64,000 nt of DNA from NCBI RefSeq assembly GCF_006345805.1, contig NC_042997.1, positions 178,932,001 through 178,996,000 of the forward strand, in the 5' to 3' direction. This stretch comes from Octopus sinensis (Eukaryota). Shown piece by piece: positions 41,251-56,286 of the stretch. Within the stretch, counting starts at the first letter, position 1, and every line of letters starts with the position of its first letter. A program made the translations under genes and the position numbers. Under the pieces are notes generated by a model. That model saw only the letters and a list, made by a program, of their open reading frames with translations, searched no databases and was not told the DNA's origin.

Positions 41251-42235
41251 CTATATAAATATATGTATGTATGTATATATATCAGTTTAAGAGAATTGGT
41301 GATTAACACTATTTTGATCACCTCCCGAAGTCTTAAATAAATCTAAATATAGATGTCTGACCTTCTGAAGAAGCTTTTCACCAAGCCAAGCTTCTAATGC
41401 TATAATTGAAACTCAAACGTTCTCGCCTATAATATTATCAATACTCAGTGCTATTTGTCTGAATATTGTATTTACACAAACAAATAACAAAGGTGTTATT
41501 TACTTAATTACCAAGACCTATAACCGTTATGCCCCTTACTTCGTAGATTACGATTGAATTAGTTTTGCTTTCCTTTATTGCATCTATTATTTTACACCAA
41601 CCTACCTAATTACTGCTTCATTTTGACACTATCTTTAACTAGATCTACCAATAAAATAGCAATCAGCAATATCTCCTGAATTCCTCGATATTAAAAACGA
41701 ATTAAAAACGATCTACCTAATAGCTATTTAATGTAGCTGCTATATTTTATCCTCTGCCTGTTTTTAATGTGTGTACATTTCGTATAGAAGTTGTATTAAT
41801 TGTTTCCATCTAATAAAAAAGCCTCTTCTTAATTGTCTAATTATATCCCGTAGGAGGATCACTGAAGGTTACAGGATCAAACACTCGCTATTTGTAATAC
41901 GATAGAAATTATCAACAATCGGTTTCCTCAAAACAGTTTATGTTGGAATAAAGAAACTAAAGATGAAAACAAATCTGACAAATACGTGTGGATAACAAAA
42001 CACGATATGAAGGTATTGGTGATGAGAATTGTGCAAGTAAGGGGATAACAATGAATGTTACAAGGAAGTGGCGGGAGAAGATCAAAGTTGAAGGAGATTT
42101 TTCTGAGAATCTATAATATTAATCTGCTAAAGTACCAACGTATGTTACACTCTGAAGTGATTATTTGAAGGAAAAAGCAAAGAGAGTGATGTATAGAGAT
42201 AGCCACACACACACGCTCGTACATACACACACACA

Positions 42236-42240
42236 TAGAG

Positions 42241-42331
<91 letters not shown>

Positions 42332-42332
42332 G
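42236..42332. repeat. (GATA)n microsatellite
   Basis: Direct reading. Confidence 0.98.
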
Positions 42333-42899
42333 AGAAACGAATGTTTAGCGTTGAGACCTTGGTAGTAATGAGGAGAGAAAAGAACGTTATCTACAAACAT
42401 AGAATGAGATAGCCACACGCATATACATATGGTATACTCAACAGTGTAGTGGCTTTTAAAGCGGTGGTGATCTGATTCGTAGGGATATTGGTTAGTGAAA
42501 GCGGAGCGAAGAGTGTACCTTGATTATAGAGCTAATTTAGAAAAAAGAAAATCTCAATAACCATTTAGCATTCACATTAATCTGTTAAATGTAATATTTA
42601 TTTATTTACATTGTTTTGCATCAGTCAAGCATTAAGTCGTAACTTCAATAATTTGAGGATGTGTTCGTTTATATTTAGAACAACCTTATTGGGTTGGCGT
42701 AAGAGACATGATCAGGCCAGTTTGAACTTATGGCTGGTTTAAATGTGAAATAGTTAATGCATAACCTTTAGTGCAATTACTTGTCATCTGCTTTCATATT
42801 TATTTATGATACTATTTTGCTTTTCCTTTAAGTTGTTGTCCTTACATTGACATTATTCGTAAGACAATGGATAGCTAAGTAAATATTTTCAAATAAGTT

Positions 42900-43049
42900 T
42901 GGCAGTGTGGTAAGTAGCTTGCTTACCAACGACATGGTTCCGGGTTCAGTCCCACTGCGCGGCACCTTGGGCAAATGTCTACTATAGTCTCGGGCCGAAC
43001 AAAGCCTTGTGAGTGGATTTGGTAGACGGAAACTGAAAGAAGGCCATCG

Positions 43050-43115
<66 letters not shown>

Positions 43116-43331
43116 CGTTTGTGTCTGTCGGTGTTTGTCTCCCCAGCATCGCTTGACAACCGATGCTGGTGTGTTTACGTCCCAGTAACCTAGCAGTTCG
43201 GCAAAAGAGACCGATAAAATAAGTACTAGGCTTACAAAGAATAAGCGCTGGGGTCGATTTGCTCGACTAAAGGCGGTGCTTCAGCATGGCCGCAGTCAAA
43301 TACCTGAAATAAGTAAAAGAGTAAAAGAGAG
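42900..43331 (+). mobile_element. Family B SINE
   Basis: Near-consensus copy with internal (TA)n(TG)n. Confidence 0.95.
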
Positions 43332-45157
43332 TAATATTCTCGTATCCACTTGTCTCTGATTAGGCCCATGCTGGGACACATCATTCAAGGGTTTAATTGG
43401 GTATATGTACTCCAGTAATTGTGAAGCGCATGGCTTAGTAGTTAGGAATCCAGCGTGTCAGAAAAGTGTTCAGTTTAAAAAAAGAAATTATATTTTAAGG
43501 TTCTCTATAAAATTCCAGCTACCTATAGTGTTTAAAATTACAGGGAAATGTTCAAGAGTACTGCTACTTTCGTATGAGGCCTAGTACAAGACATTATCAT
43601 GGACGGGAAATAGGATTGCATAACATTGAATTTTTTAAGGGACTAATTTATTTAAGACATTAACTTACATAAACTGGATGTAAAATATTAAAAGGATAGT
43701 AAAAAATGATGCTCTAGAATGATGCTCTAGAAAAGAAGGATTTAGTCAAATAATATGAGTGACAAGAGTAACATATCCGTAAAATATCTCAAACATACAT
43801 GAGAAAGAATTGAGAAACATACCCAGGTTCTACTATGGTTAAGTAGCGTTTATGTACAAAATATATCACCACAGAATAGGTTTTCATGACAAACCATTGA
43901 GAAGAGCCCTAATAGCTGAGATCACCTTAGTTTATTAAAACATCTCTTAAGAAGAACCTGAATAGCACTTCAGAAATAGAAGTATGTTTGAAAAAAGAAA
44001 ACGTATTTTGTTTTTTATCTCAATCTTACAGGGATAAAATATGCAGGCATTCTATACTGTAATAATTAGTCAATAATATCGGGATAAATCAAAACAACCA
44101 AAGAAACCAATTGCAGACATACACATGTTGTATCTATGTTTCAACACGCGCAAGCGGGCACACACGAACGTATATATTATCTATCTATCTTCTCAATCTG
44201 TTTGTCTGTCTATCTATCTATCTATCTATCTATCTATATATATCTAGCTATCTCTCTATATATTAATAAATCTATCTACCTATCTACAAATCTCTCTCTG
44301 CCTCTCTCTTTGTATATATATTATATATATATTATATATATATATATATATATATTATATAATATATACACGTATATATACACGCTAACATATGTATGTA
44401 TATACATTTAGATAATATATATATATATATATGTATAAATAATATGCACACATATACATTACGTAATGGCTGTACAGCTTATATATGTATAAGTAATATT
44501 TGAACACGTATTTATGATTATATATATAATATATAATATATATGTATATATATAATATAATATAATATATATATATATATATGCTTGTGTGTGTGTAGCT
44601 CATAATGGCTGAATACTGCCTATTATATCATGAATACTTAGCATCCTTATAAGAAAACAACTTCTTCAATGAAATATATAATATACACAATATCATAATA
44701 CCTTTGTATCTTTAACATAGTTGCGTATGTTGGTATTTGCAAATGGATGTAACTGTATATGATTATCTATGTATAAGATTCTCTTGAAGCCTGTGTAGAA
44801 AACCAGCTTCGTCTATATGCTGACTATCTCGTTAATTGAGTACAAGAAAGAGTAAAATAAAGAGATTCTGAAATGTAAATATGTTTTCGAAACATTAAAC
44901 TTAAAGAAAATAAAATAAATATAATAAAAAGATTCAAATAATGTATCCCTTTGAGAGTCAATAATCAATATAGCAAATGCAAATTAATTACAACCTGAAT
45001 TGGCGAATGCCAATTGTATGTAAATACTTAGATATATGTTGATGTGTGTATGTATAAAAGACTACATAAACACAAAAGTATACATACTCATATTCAAAGA
45101 CTATTCTACATACCACACAGAAAAATATATATATACATATATGCATATGGATGTATT

Positions 45158-45191
<34 letters not shown>

Positions 45192-46196
45192 TATATATAT
45201 ATATTATGATATATATATATATATATATATGCGTGTGTATGTATATTTATGAGTGTATATTATATATATATATATACATATATGTATATGGATGTATTTA
45301 TATGTATATATATGAGTGTGTATGTATATTTATCTATATATATATATTATATATATATATATACTATATAATATATTATAAAGATATATATATGTGTGTG
45401 TGAGCGTATGTCTCTTTGTATGTAGATGTACTCACGTATATTTGTGTACATGTTATGTATAACCACACTTACTCACACTCAGAGAGAGATATTAATGTAT
45501 ATGTATATATGTTAAGAGAATGATACTGGGTAAAAGCAGAAAAAGTAGAAAGAAAGAATCAGAGTGAGTTTCAAATGAAGAGCAGATAGATTTTCTCATA
45601 GAAATACATCAAAGATTTCTAGAATGTGAACTATATTCAATCATCTTATAACAAAATCTTCATATAAACTATAGAGACGCAAACACACATAGTAAGACAT
45701 GTAAATATGCCTACGTTTATATAAATCCATACTTACAAAATAAACTCAAGAACAGTGGCCAAAAATATAGAAAATCAAATACACTAGCATACAAAACATA
45801 TTCGCAATGAAACTCGTTTAAAAGATACGCATATAAAAATACACGACCACACTCTCCAACAAATATACTAGGCCAGCCAAAATCATACGAGTATACACGC
45901 GTACACACAAGTGCACACACACTCAAATACACAATCATATAATTACACATACACATATACATAGAAGTATATTTACATGAATACATGTGTTGTTAATATA
46001 TATCAATATATGCATGTCTATATAATTCACACACACACACACACATATATATAAATATATATATATATATATGTGTGTGTATAGTTCCATAAATATATAT
46101 GTATGTTTGTGTGTTTGTGGGAGTGTGTGCGCGCGTGTACATATATGCATCTATGTATATATGGCTTATATATGTGAATCTATCTATTTACCAATA

Positions 46197-46296
46197 NNNN
46201 NNNNNNNNNNNNNNNNNNNNNNNNNNNNNNNNNNNNNNNNNNNNNNNNNNNNNNNNNNNNNNNNNNNNNNNNNNNNNNNNNNNNNNNNNNNNNNNN
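46197..46296. other. Assembly gap (100 N)
   Basis: Run of N. Confidence 1.
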
Positions 46297-46835
46297 TCAT
46301 CTGCAGAGGTCAGTATGACTTATGCAAATTGAGGGGCGTCTATTAATGGAAATTTAAGAACATTTCAGCTGATACCTTGCCTTCGCTTTTACAGTTCTTT
46401 GCAATCAAATTTGAAACCTCAATTGTTTACTTGGTTGATAGACTTAAAGCAGCACACCGTTTCACATTGTCAGTTGATATATATATATATACATATCTAT
46501 ATATATATATAGATATGTATATATATAATGGATGAGCATTAATATTTAAATATATACGTTCGTGCAGTCATGTGTATATATACTTTAACATTTTCGTATA
46601 TTTTGGAAACATTTTCATTTGAGCAAAATCCAAATCCTAGATGCCCAGTATATGACGAATTCAAAAGCATAGGATTAAAAACGTGAATGGAAGTGACTGA
46701 CAGAGAAACGAAGGACTAGTAAGGCAGATGTGGAAAGAAATATGAGAGAAAGCGAGAGAGAGAGAGAGGGTGAGATGAGAAGGTAGAAAATGTAGGAAGG
46801 TATATATATTCTCTTCTACGAAACTTTTTGGGAGG

Positions 46836-47189
46836 GGGCCATTCGATTACATCGACCCCGGTATGCAACTGGTAATAAATTTATCGACCCCGAAAGGATG
46901 AAAGGCAAAGTCGACCTCGGCGGAATTTTAACTCAGAACGTAACGGCAGACGAAATACCTATTTCTTTATTACCCACAAGGGGCTAAACACAGAGAGGAC
47001 AAACAAGGACAGACATAGGTATTAAGTCGATTACATCGACCCCAGTCCGGAACTGGTACTTAATTTATCGACCCCGAAAGGATGAAAGGCAAAGTCGACC
47101 TCGGCGGAATTTGAACTCACAACGTAACGCAGACGAAATACCGCTAAGCATTTCGCCCGGCGTGCTAATGTTTCTGCCAGTTTGCCGCC
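46836..47189 (-). mobile_element. Dimeric family A SINE with probable 9-bp target-site duplication
   Basis: One head, two bodies; TTTGGGAGG at 46827-46835 and 47190-47198. Confidence 0.9.
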
Positions 47190-48019
47190 TTTGGGAGGTA
47201 TATATATCGTCTTGCATCAGGTAATGATCTGTATTAAGATGCAATAACTGTTTACTCTGAGATTTTATTGCACGGATTGTCTTTTTATTTTCCATAGACA
47301 AATAAAACCTAAAAGTGAAAGTTTACAGGATTTATCTCTTCTTGTTTACAAATGCCCTATCTTCAAATTTTTGCCAGGATTGATTTTATTTGATTCTATT
47401 GCATGGGAGAAATCGAGATTTATAAAACGACTCTAAATAATTAACCTGGCCAAAATGTATCCAAGAGTAACAAAAACAAAATTTAGCAACGGCAAAATAA
47501 AAGATACGCACAGAGAAAAGAAAAAATTAGAAGAAAAACGCGACCAAAACTTCAGTTTGCAGTTTGTAATTCCTTTCTCTTGCAATTCCACTTGTTACAC
47601 AAAAATAATTTTTATGCGTTTTATATTTGGATTAATACATTAATTACACGAAAACCTTGTTCGAAGATAAAATACATGAGATGTATTTAGTTATTTGTTT
47701 TTAAATTTAGAAACAGCGAGTTTAAATTAGAATATAATACTTCAATTTAAGACGCTTGACAAATATATTTTGACTTGTTAAATTTTTATTCACTCATTTA
47801 TTTCGTTTCTTTTATAGTTTTTTTCTTTGAAATGCCTAATCTTAATCTTGCCAGATGTACATGCATTCCCCCCAAAAAATTTATACCGAATAACACAAGA
47901 CAAATCAAGGCTATGTATGCATGGATTTATTGGCTTAATACTAAATTAAAGTTCGAATTCCAGTAGATTTGAAATATTAAAGGCTTCAGTTTTAATTAAT
48001 ATTTAAATAAAGAAATTAA

Positions 48020-48148
48020 AAGGTAATGATAGTAATAATAATAATGATAATAATAATAATGATAATAATAATAATAACAACAACAGTGGTAATAGCAATA
48101 ATACGTAACTCAACAACAACAACAATAATAATAATAATAATAATAATG

Positions 48149-48238
<90 letters not shown>

Positions 48239-48272
48239 GCAGTAGTAATAATACGTAACTCAACAACGAAGT
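48020..48272. repeat. (AAT)n/(AAC)n compound microsatellite with duplicated motif
   Basis: aataatacgtaactcaacaac occurs twice within the tract. Confidence 0.95.
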
Positions 48273-48591
48273 TATAATTCTGAATGCAATACATAGCAAC
48301 AACGAAATAGTTATCTATTGAATAATTTGGATAAAAGAATGTCCTCTCGACAAAACATTCACAAAAAAAAATTATGATAATACTAATAATAAAGTAAACA
48401 ATCCTAAGCAAGAAAAATATAACGAATTAAATAAAAAATAAAAAAGACCTCGATAAAATTTAAGTCAATTCAGTTTTGTCACATATATTGAATTATTCTG
48501 CGGATCAGGTACGTGCTGTCATGTTATAATGAGGGGCATATCGATATTTATCATAATCACCACCATCGATACCACTACTACTACCACAACC

Positions 48592-48633
<42 letters not shown>

Positions 48634-50039
48634 GTGGATTACTGGATAAAAGCTTCAAAGACTGGTGAAATATAAAGTACAATGGTTGTGCTTAAGAAAC
48701 GATTACCTGATGACATACCCTCTTCGCTTATATACAGTAAGCACAAAGTCGATACATGTATGGCTATGTGGTTCTGAAGTTTGCTTCTCAGCTATCTGGT
48801 TCTGAGTTCGAACTATTCTACGACATTTTGATTAGGTTAAATCTACTATAACTTCCCAAAGACTAATACAGTTTGTGTAGAATTTGGTAGGAGGTAACTG
48901 TGCAGCAGTTTTTCCTCTCTCTCTCTCTCTTTGAATTGTGGTGGTGGTGGTGGTGGTGGTGTGTGTGTGTGATTTGAAACGAACTTTGAAATAAATGATG
49001 TTTTAGTTTTATTATTCAGTCCCTTCATCAGTAAATAATCTATCGTTATCCATAAAATTGCTGTAAGATAATAACCACAACATGCCTGAATGCATGTAAG
49101 CATGCATGTATGTATGTATACATGTAAGTATGTATAAACACGCACAGCGATGTATGTATATATGTGTATGTTTGTGTGAGTGTGTCTGTGTCTTTCGCCG
49201 TGGTGTCGAATGTAACATATTGATTAGAAAACGGAACAAGTTATGCTTTTGGACGAAGATATGTTTGTTTGTGTCGTGTTACACACACCCACTACTCATA
49301 GCTGGAGATGTGGCACCAATGTCGCTATTATTTTGCTTATATGATATGGTTGAAAAATATGTAAGGGAACCTTGATAGTGAATGTTTGGGATGATAAACT
49401 TTGAAGTATGCATTCAGTGAGTGAGAGCTCAAAAAGAGCTTTCATTTCCTTTTCTAAGCTATCTATTCGCTGAATATATTTGAAATGGTCAAATCAGTGT
49501 GTTATATTTCTTTAGAAATAGGACACATTGGATCACTTAGGCTAGAAACGATGACAGTATCGCTTCGATGGAATGCCTATAATATATAGGTTATCTAATT
49601 TAAGACCATAGGTTATCTAATCCAATAAGCAACAAAAGACAAACATCGCATGTCTCTAAAAATCTATGACCTAGGAATAACCAATGGTAGAAACCAGAGT
49701 TAAGAAGACTAAGAATGAGATGTTGAAATTTTCATGAATAATCTGGAGTACTGTTTTAAGAGAAAATTATTACATAAGGTTTGAAAGGAATTTTCTTTAG
49801 ATACGAAGATATTACACGTACATAACATGTTGGTCGAGATATCCGAGGAGTTCAATTGACCATAACAATTGATAGTTTTATGACAGGGTTACAAAAATGT
49901 GGATTTTCAAGACCTCTAGCGACCGTAGCACTAATCTTCAAAAGGTTATGCGTTTTAAAGTTCGTTCTCTTTTTTATGTAGATTTATGGGTGTAAATTGA
50001 AGAATGCCTAGTAATTAATTACCCAGCAACACAAGGGTA

Positions 50040-50320
50040 ACTGACGAAGATTATCAAAGCAGCATTTCGACCCACTACCAACGGTACTTAATTCGACTAA
50101 CTTCATAACGGTAAAAAATTTTGGTACAAGGTCTGCAATTTCAGGGTAGGATAAAATCGACTGTAAATATCCTAGTGTTCAACTGGTACTTATCTTATAG
50201 ACCCCGAAAAGGTCAAAGACAGAGTCGACTTCGGCGGAATTTGAACTCAGAACGTAAAGACGGACGAAATGAAGTTAGGCATTTTACCCTACGTGTAAAC
50301 GACTCTGTTAGTTCGCCAAG
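50040..50320 (-). mobile_element. Diverged family A SINE
   Basis: ctggtacttatcttatagaccccgaaa..agtcgacttcggcggaatttgaactcagaacgtaaagacgg. Confidence 0.8.
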
Positions 50321-51890
50321 TTGACCTCAACTTTATATTGGTAGGACAATTGTTCCTTCTAAAACTAAATATTCTTTTTGAATTTCAGTCACACCACCGG
50401 AAATTTATTCAATTTTATTTCTTCCATTTAAAACATCATTTGTTTAGCATGCAAAAACTTTATTTATAACAGGACATTGACTCTATATAGTTGCACTACA
50501 TTCTAGAGTCGCCCAATGCTTCAAATCAAATCTTGCTATCTTCAGGAAACAGAACACACATATTTTGTATGAGCTGGGGTCGTGTTTAGAACACAATTGA
50601 TAATAGATTTGATCACTAAAAGGGGAGATGGGGCTTAATAACAAAATAAGTGAATAATTTCCTCTCTATGAAAATATATATAAAATAAAATGAATCGTTT
50701 TGTGCAAACAGAAGAGCTAGTTTAATTCAATAAAGGATTTTAATATGGAATATCATAGATTCTAAATAAATAAAATATAAAATTGACTGCAGTTTTTAAA
50801 TCAGATTCGTAAGGTAACAAATCAAATATAACAATGTATCAGGTCTATTATATTAGACTTTCAACCTGATGTAAATGTTACTTGCGTAAGAAAATATTGA
50901 TTTCTTACGCAAGAAACGTTTGAACAGGAATTTTAAAAAGGAGAGGAATGTGAGGCTTTGGCATTCATATTTTATGTCTTCCTTACTAAATGCATCAGTG
51001 ACGTTAATGAGATAAAATGGGTAAAACTGGGAATGGAAAGAACATGGATTCACTACACCCGAACGTATAAAAAAATTTACACATACATACATACATACGT
51101 GTATGTATGTATTGATTTGTTACCTAGGTACCCTACCTACCACATATAATGTAGTTGGAAATAAGAATGTTTTATGTGCAGCAGCTGCATCTGTGATTAA
51201 TTTTGGCTGTGAAGATTATTTTGTGGGATTCAATCAAATAATCATAATCAATAGTAACACAGAAAACTATTTCAGATGAACACCGAGATAATATGGTTGT
51301 TTGATTTTATGGTGTAATTTACAAGAAGGAGTAGGAAAATCACTTATTCGAACAAATAATTTACCTTAACAAAACATATCTTTACATTTACATACTTCAC
51401 ATAACTCATACATTTTATCCATCATCAGACCACTCAAAATCATAGTAATGTTATCTGATAAGTGAGTGATAAGTGTAAAGATGTCTCCGCAAACTATTCA
51501 TGCAAATATTGTTTATGGGAAAATTTTCACGAACACTACAGAGTTTTCTGTAATTTCTTACATAAATGTTTCCAGATCAAGTTTGAATTTGCTGGGAAAT
51601 TTTCGTTGTTTGTGACGTTTGGGAATAATATTGAATATAAAGCTCGGCTGATTACACACATGATAGGATTTTGACGTACTATAAAACGTTGACGCATACT
51701 CTGTCCAACTAGAACAATTATATGTGATTTTGTTATTATTTTTATCTTCCTCTCCTGTAAATTGTCTAATGTATCAATTTACCTATTTGTGTATCTACCG
51801 GTGTTCAGTGACACATTCTTGAAATGGAAATTATCAACAGAGAATACAAAACGCGATATCATAGGATATCAAAATGTCCGATTTTTCCGC

Positions 51891-51909
51891 CACGTGATTT
51901 CCTAGCAAC
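51891..51909. promoter_or_regulatory. E-box next to an RFX X-box-like motif
   Basis: CACGTG immediately followed by ATTTCCTAGCAAC (one mismatch from GTTTCCTAGCAAC). Motif match only. Confidence 0.2.
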
Positions 51910-52229
51910 AGCACTGAACGATTTTATATTAGATTTTAACATTTCTCTAAAGTATCAACGAAAGGTTATTTACAACTTTATTTTCACCCTCTAACCTTTC
52001 TACCTACATTCAATATTGTTATAATACAATTTTTTCCCATTAAAACCACAATTTTCTATTTTAACCTGCCTCATACTCATATAATATGCACAGATAAACT
52101 AACGCACGTAGAACATAAAAATATACAATCACACGCACACACACACACACTTCGTATATAAAACAGGCGTGTAAAATATAACTGAATCTGTAACTGCACT
52201 TTTTACGCTCCCGAAATTCACTTTTCTGT

Positions 52230-52352
52230 TCATCAGAGGGGACTAAATGACAAACTGAAAGTAAAGCATTTTCTCTGCCTTTACATCCTAAGTTGAATTT
52301 CCACCGAGGTCGACTTTGCTTTCCACCGTTTTGGGCTCGATGAAATTAAGTA
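52230..52352 (+). mobile_element. Family A SINE fragment
   Basis: aatttccaccgaggtcgactttgctttccaccgttttgggctcgatgaaattaagta. Confidence 0.75.
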
Positions 52353-52354
52353 TA

Positions 52355-52678
52355 TATCCATCCATCCATCTATTGTATCTATCTATCTATCGTATCTATC
52401 TCTCTATCTATCTATCTAATCTATCTAATCTATCGTATCTATCTATTTAATCTATCTAATCTATCGTATCTATCTACCTACCTACCTACCTACCTACCTA
52501 CCTACCTACCTACCTACCTACCTACCTACCTATCTATCTATCTATCTACCTACCTACCCACCTACCTACCTAGCTATATACCTACCTACCTATCTATCTA
52601 GCTAGCTATCTAGCTATCTATCTACCTCTCTATGTATTTACCTATCTATCTATCTTATCTATCTATCTATCTATTTGT
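52355..52678. repeat. (CTAT)n/(CTAC)n compound microsatellite
   Basis: Direct reading. Confidence 0.95.
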
Positions 52679-53174
52679 TAATTCATGTGTATAACATTTA
52701 GATATTGCCTTGATAATAATATACATATGAGATCGTTTAGATAGATATTCTCCGTGGATATACGTCAATGTATATGCACGCTGATAGGTTCGCATGTACA
52801 ATGCATCGAACTATAACTGCAATACATTCAATCATCTATTTTATAATTTCTGTTAAATTAAATGTCATCTGCATAATATTCTGCTTCAAGTCTGCATAGT
52901 GGCGGTCAGTAAAATCCGTATTATAATTTAAATTTATATTAAATATCTACAATTAATTTTACGATTAAAAGTACACACATACACACACACACATACACAA
53001 ATCACATGGATTTGTTTACTTTGGATTTCAATTTCAAGTTCATACCCATATGCTATCATTTTAAGACCATATTTTGCATCACATTCGGAAAGAGACAGAC
53101 AATATCAGATGCTGAAATTGATGAAATTGCATTGACTCTGCCCAAAGCAGACCACGTGACGTTAGTTGACTCAC

Positions 53175-53204
53175 AGGTGGTATATAACATAACATCAATA
53201 ACAA
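53175..53204 (-). CDS. Candidate 30-nt micro-exon (unverified)
   Basis: Acceptor gtgtgttgctttag, donor CT|gtgagt; frame xVIDVMLYTTx. Confidence 0.15.
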
Positions 53205-53869
53205 CTAAAGCAACACACGAGGAACTTCAACGTGCTTCCTTGAAAACCTTGTAAAACACAGTTCTATATGTCTTACTAGTACAGGCCAAATTCACGTTGC
53301 ATAGATTATCCAAGCGACTCTTTTCATTTTTACATGTTATTAACTTTGGTTACTTATAGAGAGACAAAGACAGTCATAAAAGACAGAAGGGTAACAGAAA
53401 CAAAATGCGGAATAGCAGAAAAAGAGAAACTTTGAATGACTCTTAGTAGGACAAGAGGCATAAGCACATTCGCATATAGTTACTTACATAAACAAACATA
53501 ATGAAATTCCTATTTTAGATATGAATACATCTACATAGGTATAGATTTTTTGTTAATTAAAATATCGTCAAATATGAAGCCATAAATGCGTGAAATATGA
53601 AAATAACACAAGACACTTTTCAAAGACAGTTTTCACAGATACATTTTGTCCGGTACTAGCCTTTCTTTTCGTGAGATGATTAACAGAACATTCGTTGCTG
53701 GACTCTTAAAACGTCTGTAAATTATCGTTATTGGACTCGGTTAAGAAATAATATCACAGTACATTATTGCATCGAGTCTTTAACTTATAGCACCGGTTAC
53801 TCGGTTTATACGGTGTAGAAGTAATGGAAATCGTAACATTTCTTATGAACGGAAAACTACTCAATCAAA

Positions 53870-54010
53870 TGGTTATTAATAGCTGAGTGAACTCGAGCAG
53901 AGTGAAATGAAATGTTTTGCCCAAGAACACAGCACATTGCTCGGTCTGGGAAAGGAAACCACGTTCTTCCGATTACCCGTGCAAAATTCTACCCACTTGG
54001 CCATACGCCT
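53870..54010 (-). mobile_element. Family C SINE fragment
   Basis: gctgagtgaactcgagca..ttgcccaagaacaca..ggaaaggaaaccacg. Confidence 0.7.
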
Positions 54011-54612
54011 ACACAAGAATCTATTTATAACTATTTCAATGATATCTGAAATCTGAAAACGAAGGGAAAAAAATTCAGTTACTGTTGATAAATATTACAC
54101 ATCGTAACATAAATAATCGAATTTCAGTTATCTTATTAGTTTCGCTGATCAGACTGTTTTAATGATCGGCAGTACTTTCTAATATTTTCGTCGATTATAT
54201 TTAATAGATATTGTCGATCGAACTATCACTTCTCACAAGCGTTAGTGGTTTTGCAACAAAATTTCAGAAATTATTGAAACATAAATATCTCGAAAAATAG
54301 GGATTGAAAATAATTCAGACAGAATTACCGAAAAACATTGATTGGGTATTTCTGCATATGACCACCAGGAAAAGTGCTTTCTGATCGAAGTATCGTCGCT
54401 AAAAGAAATAAAGTAAGTATCCAGATGTGCAAATTTCAAAATAGAGATAAGCACAATATATGTCTAAAAACAATATAATCCTCTGTAATAAAAATATGTG
54501 TATCAGAGATCATCAAATAAAATATAGATAAATAATTGTCCTAAACCCCAGGTCATATGCTTATGAACAATGCCGAAAAAAATTGAAATATAAACACTCC
54601 ACATATGAATAC

Positions 54613-54984
54613 ACTAGGAGTATCGCCCGGCGTTGCTCGGGTTTGTCAGGGAAATAACTATAAAGCATTTTTAGAGAGTTATAGCCAAAAAATAGCAAAA
54701 AAATGGTAAATTTTTTTGAGAGTTAAAAAGGTCGAGTAGCGTCCCCTAGACAGTCTGTGGTTTGTGTTTCTAGATTTCGACCCCATGTCGAATTTATCGA
54801 TTTTTTTTCAGAACTGGGAGAACTTTTCAAAATTTTCGCTGCGTTAGTTTCGAATTATGACATTGGGCTATGTGTTTGTCAAGTTTCATCAGAATCGGTT
54901 GAAAGCCGTGGTCAGGGTGAGGGTACAACCTAACAGACACACAGACACGCAGACAGAGAAACTGCCGTTTATATAGACAGAGAT
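54613..54984 (+). mobile_element. Non-autonomous Helitron/DINE-1-like element, apparently full length
   Basis: 5' actag..gcccggcgttgctcggg hairpin; 3' aagtttcatcagaatcggtt..acagacacacagac..tttatatagacagagat. Confidence 0.8.
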
Positions 54985-55210
54985 GGAATATAGCTGAAAA
55001 ATTAAAAGAATGTAAATAAAACACTGCACACTCGAATCTCACAGAGTTGTACCAGTTAACAATGCGAAAATATTGAATGAATTATGATTACTGAATAATG
55101 GAAATGCTGTCAAACTTCAGCACAAGGACAGCAGGTCCGAGGGAGGGGATAGAGTCAATTACACCGACATCAGTACTCCACTGGTACTTATTTTATCACT
55201 CTCAATAGGA

Positions 55211-55251
<41 letters not shown>

Positions 55252-55252
55252 C

Positions 55253-55441
55253 AATGCCCTAATGAAGTACCAAGCAGATTTGCTTGCCAGTTGCTTGAGC
55301 ATAACCAGAAGATCATGTGACTTAGTGGCTGGCGATTAAGTTCATCTCTGATCACGAGCAGGAGTAGTTAGGGAGCATCATAGCCATGCATTGAGAGGAA
55401 TTCTTTCCATTTTGAATGATACTTATCTGGAAACAATGTTG

Positions 55442-55499
<58 letters not shown>

Positions 55500-56044
55500 G
55501 TGGCTCTCATGGCTTCTGATCTTAACTGATTGGAAGTGTTATCATGTACATTGTTTTGTCTTGGTATAAAAGATGGGCTAGAGCAAATATTCTGCTCAAT
55601 ACCACAGATGTGCTTGTCAGTTGTTTGACCTTAACCAGTTGAGCATGTCCCTTAGTGGCTGACGATATGTGCATCTCTGATCACGAGCAGAAGTAGTGGG
55701 GAACATCATAGCCATGTGTTGAGAGGGATTCTTTGGGGTTTGAATAATTCACCTCTGGAAACATGGGTGGTTCTTTCAACATCCTTAAATGACCCTTATT
55801 CAGGGACCTTTTGAGCGGGATGGGCTACTCAACCTGAAGAAATTTCTAACTGGGCCCCACCTGCAAGGTCATGTGCTGTTTATCTTGATATGAGATCACC
55901 ATGTCGCGCACATATGGTTGTGATGCATGTGCCTGGTGTACCCTTATCAGACGGGTAGTCATGATGGGTATATTGGGCTTCGTATATTTTACCCCAGTGT
56001 CACTTTGATGGCATGCACTGCTCTCTCACTCAATAATAATAATG

Positions 56045-56098
<54 letters not shown>

Positions 56099-56286
56099 GC
56101 CCTAATGAAGTACCAGGCAGATTTGCTTGCCAGTTGCTTGAGCATAACCAGCAGATCATGTGACTTAGTGGCTGGCGATTAAGTTCATCTCTGATCACGA
56201 GCAGGAATAGTTAGGGAGCATCATAGCCATGCATTGAGAGGAATTCTTTGCATTTTGAATGATACTTATCTGGAAACAATGTTGTA
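55253..56286 (+). mobile_element. Nested (AAT)n-linked repeat: A'(55253-55444), A(55500-56031), A'(56096-56286)
   Basis: The two A' copies differ at about 5 positions; both are diverged homologues of part of A; every unit is bounded by (AAT)n. Confidence 0.85.

Noticed and set aside
46071-46346. ORFs crossing the N run
   Set aside because: Artefacts of the assembly gap.
53006-53254. 82-aa plus-strand ORF in unique sequence
   Set aside because: No recognisable domain, starts next to a CA repeat, no supporting splice structure.
54125-54175. ctgatcagcgaaac, a possible hammerhead half on the minus strand
   Set aside because: No CUGANGA core or stem I could be built.
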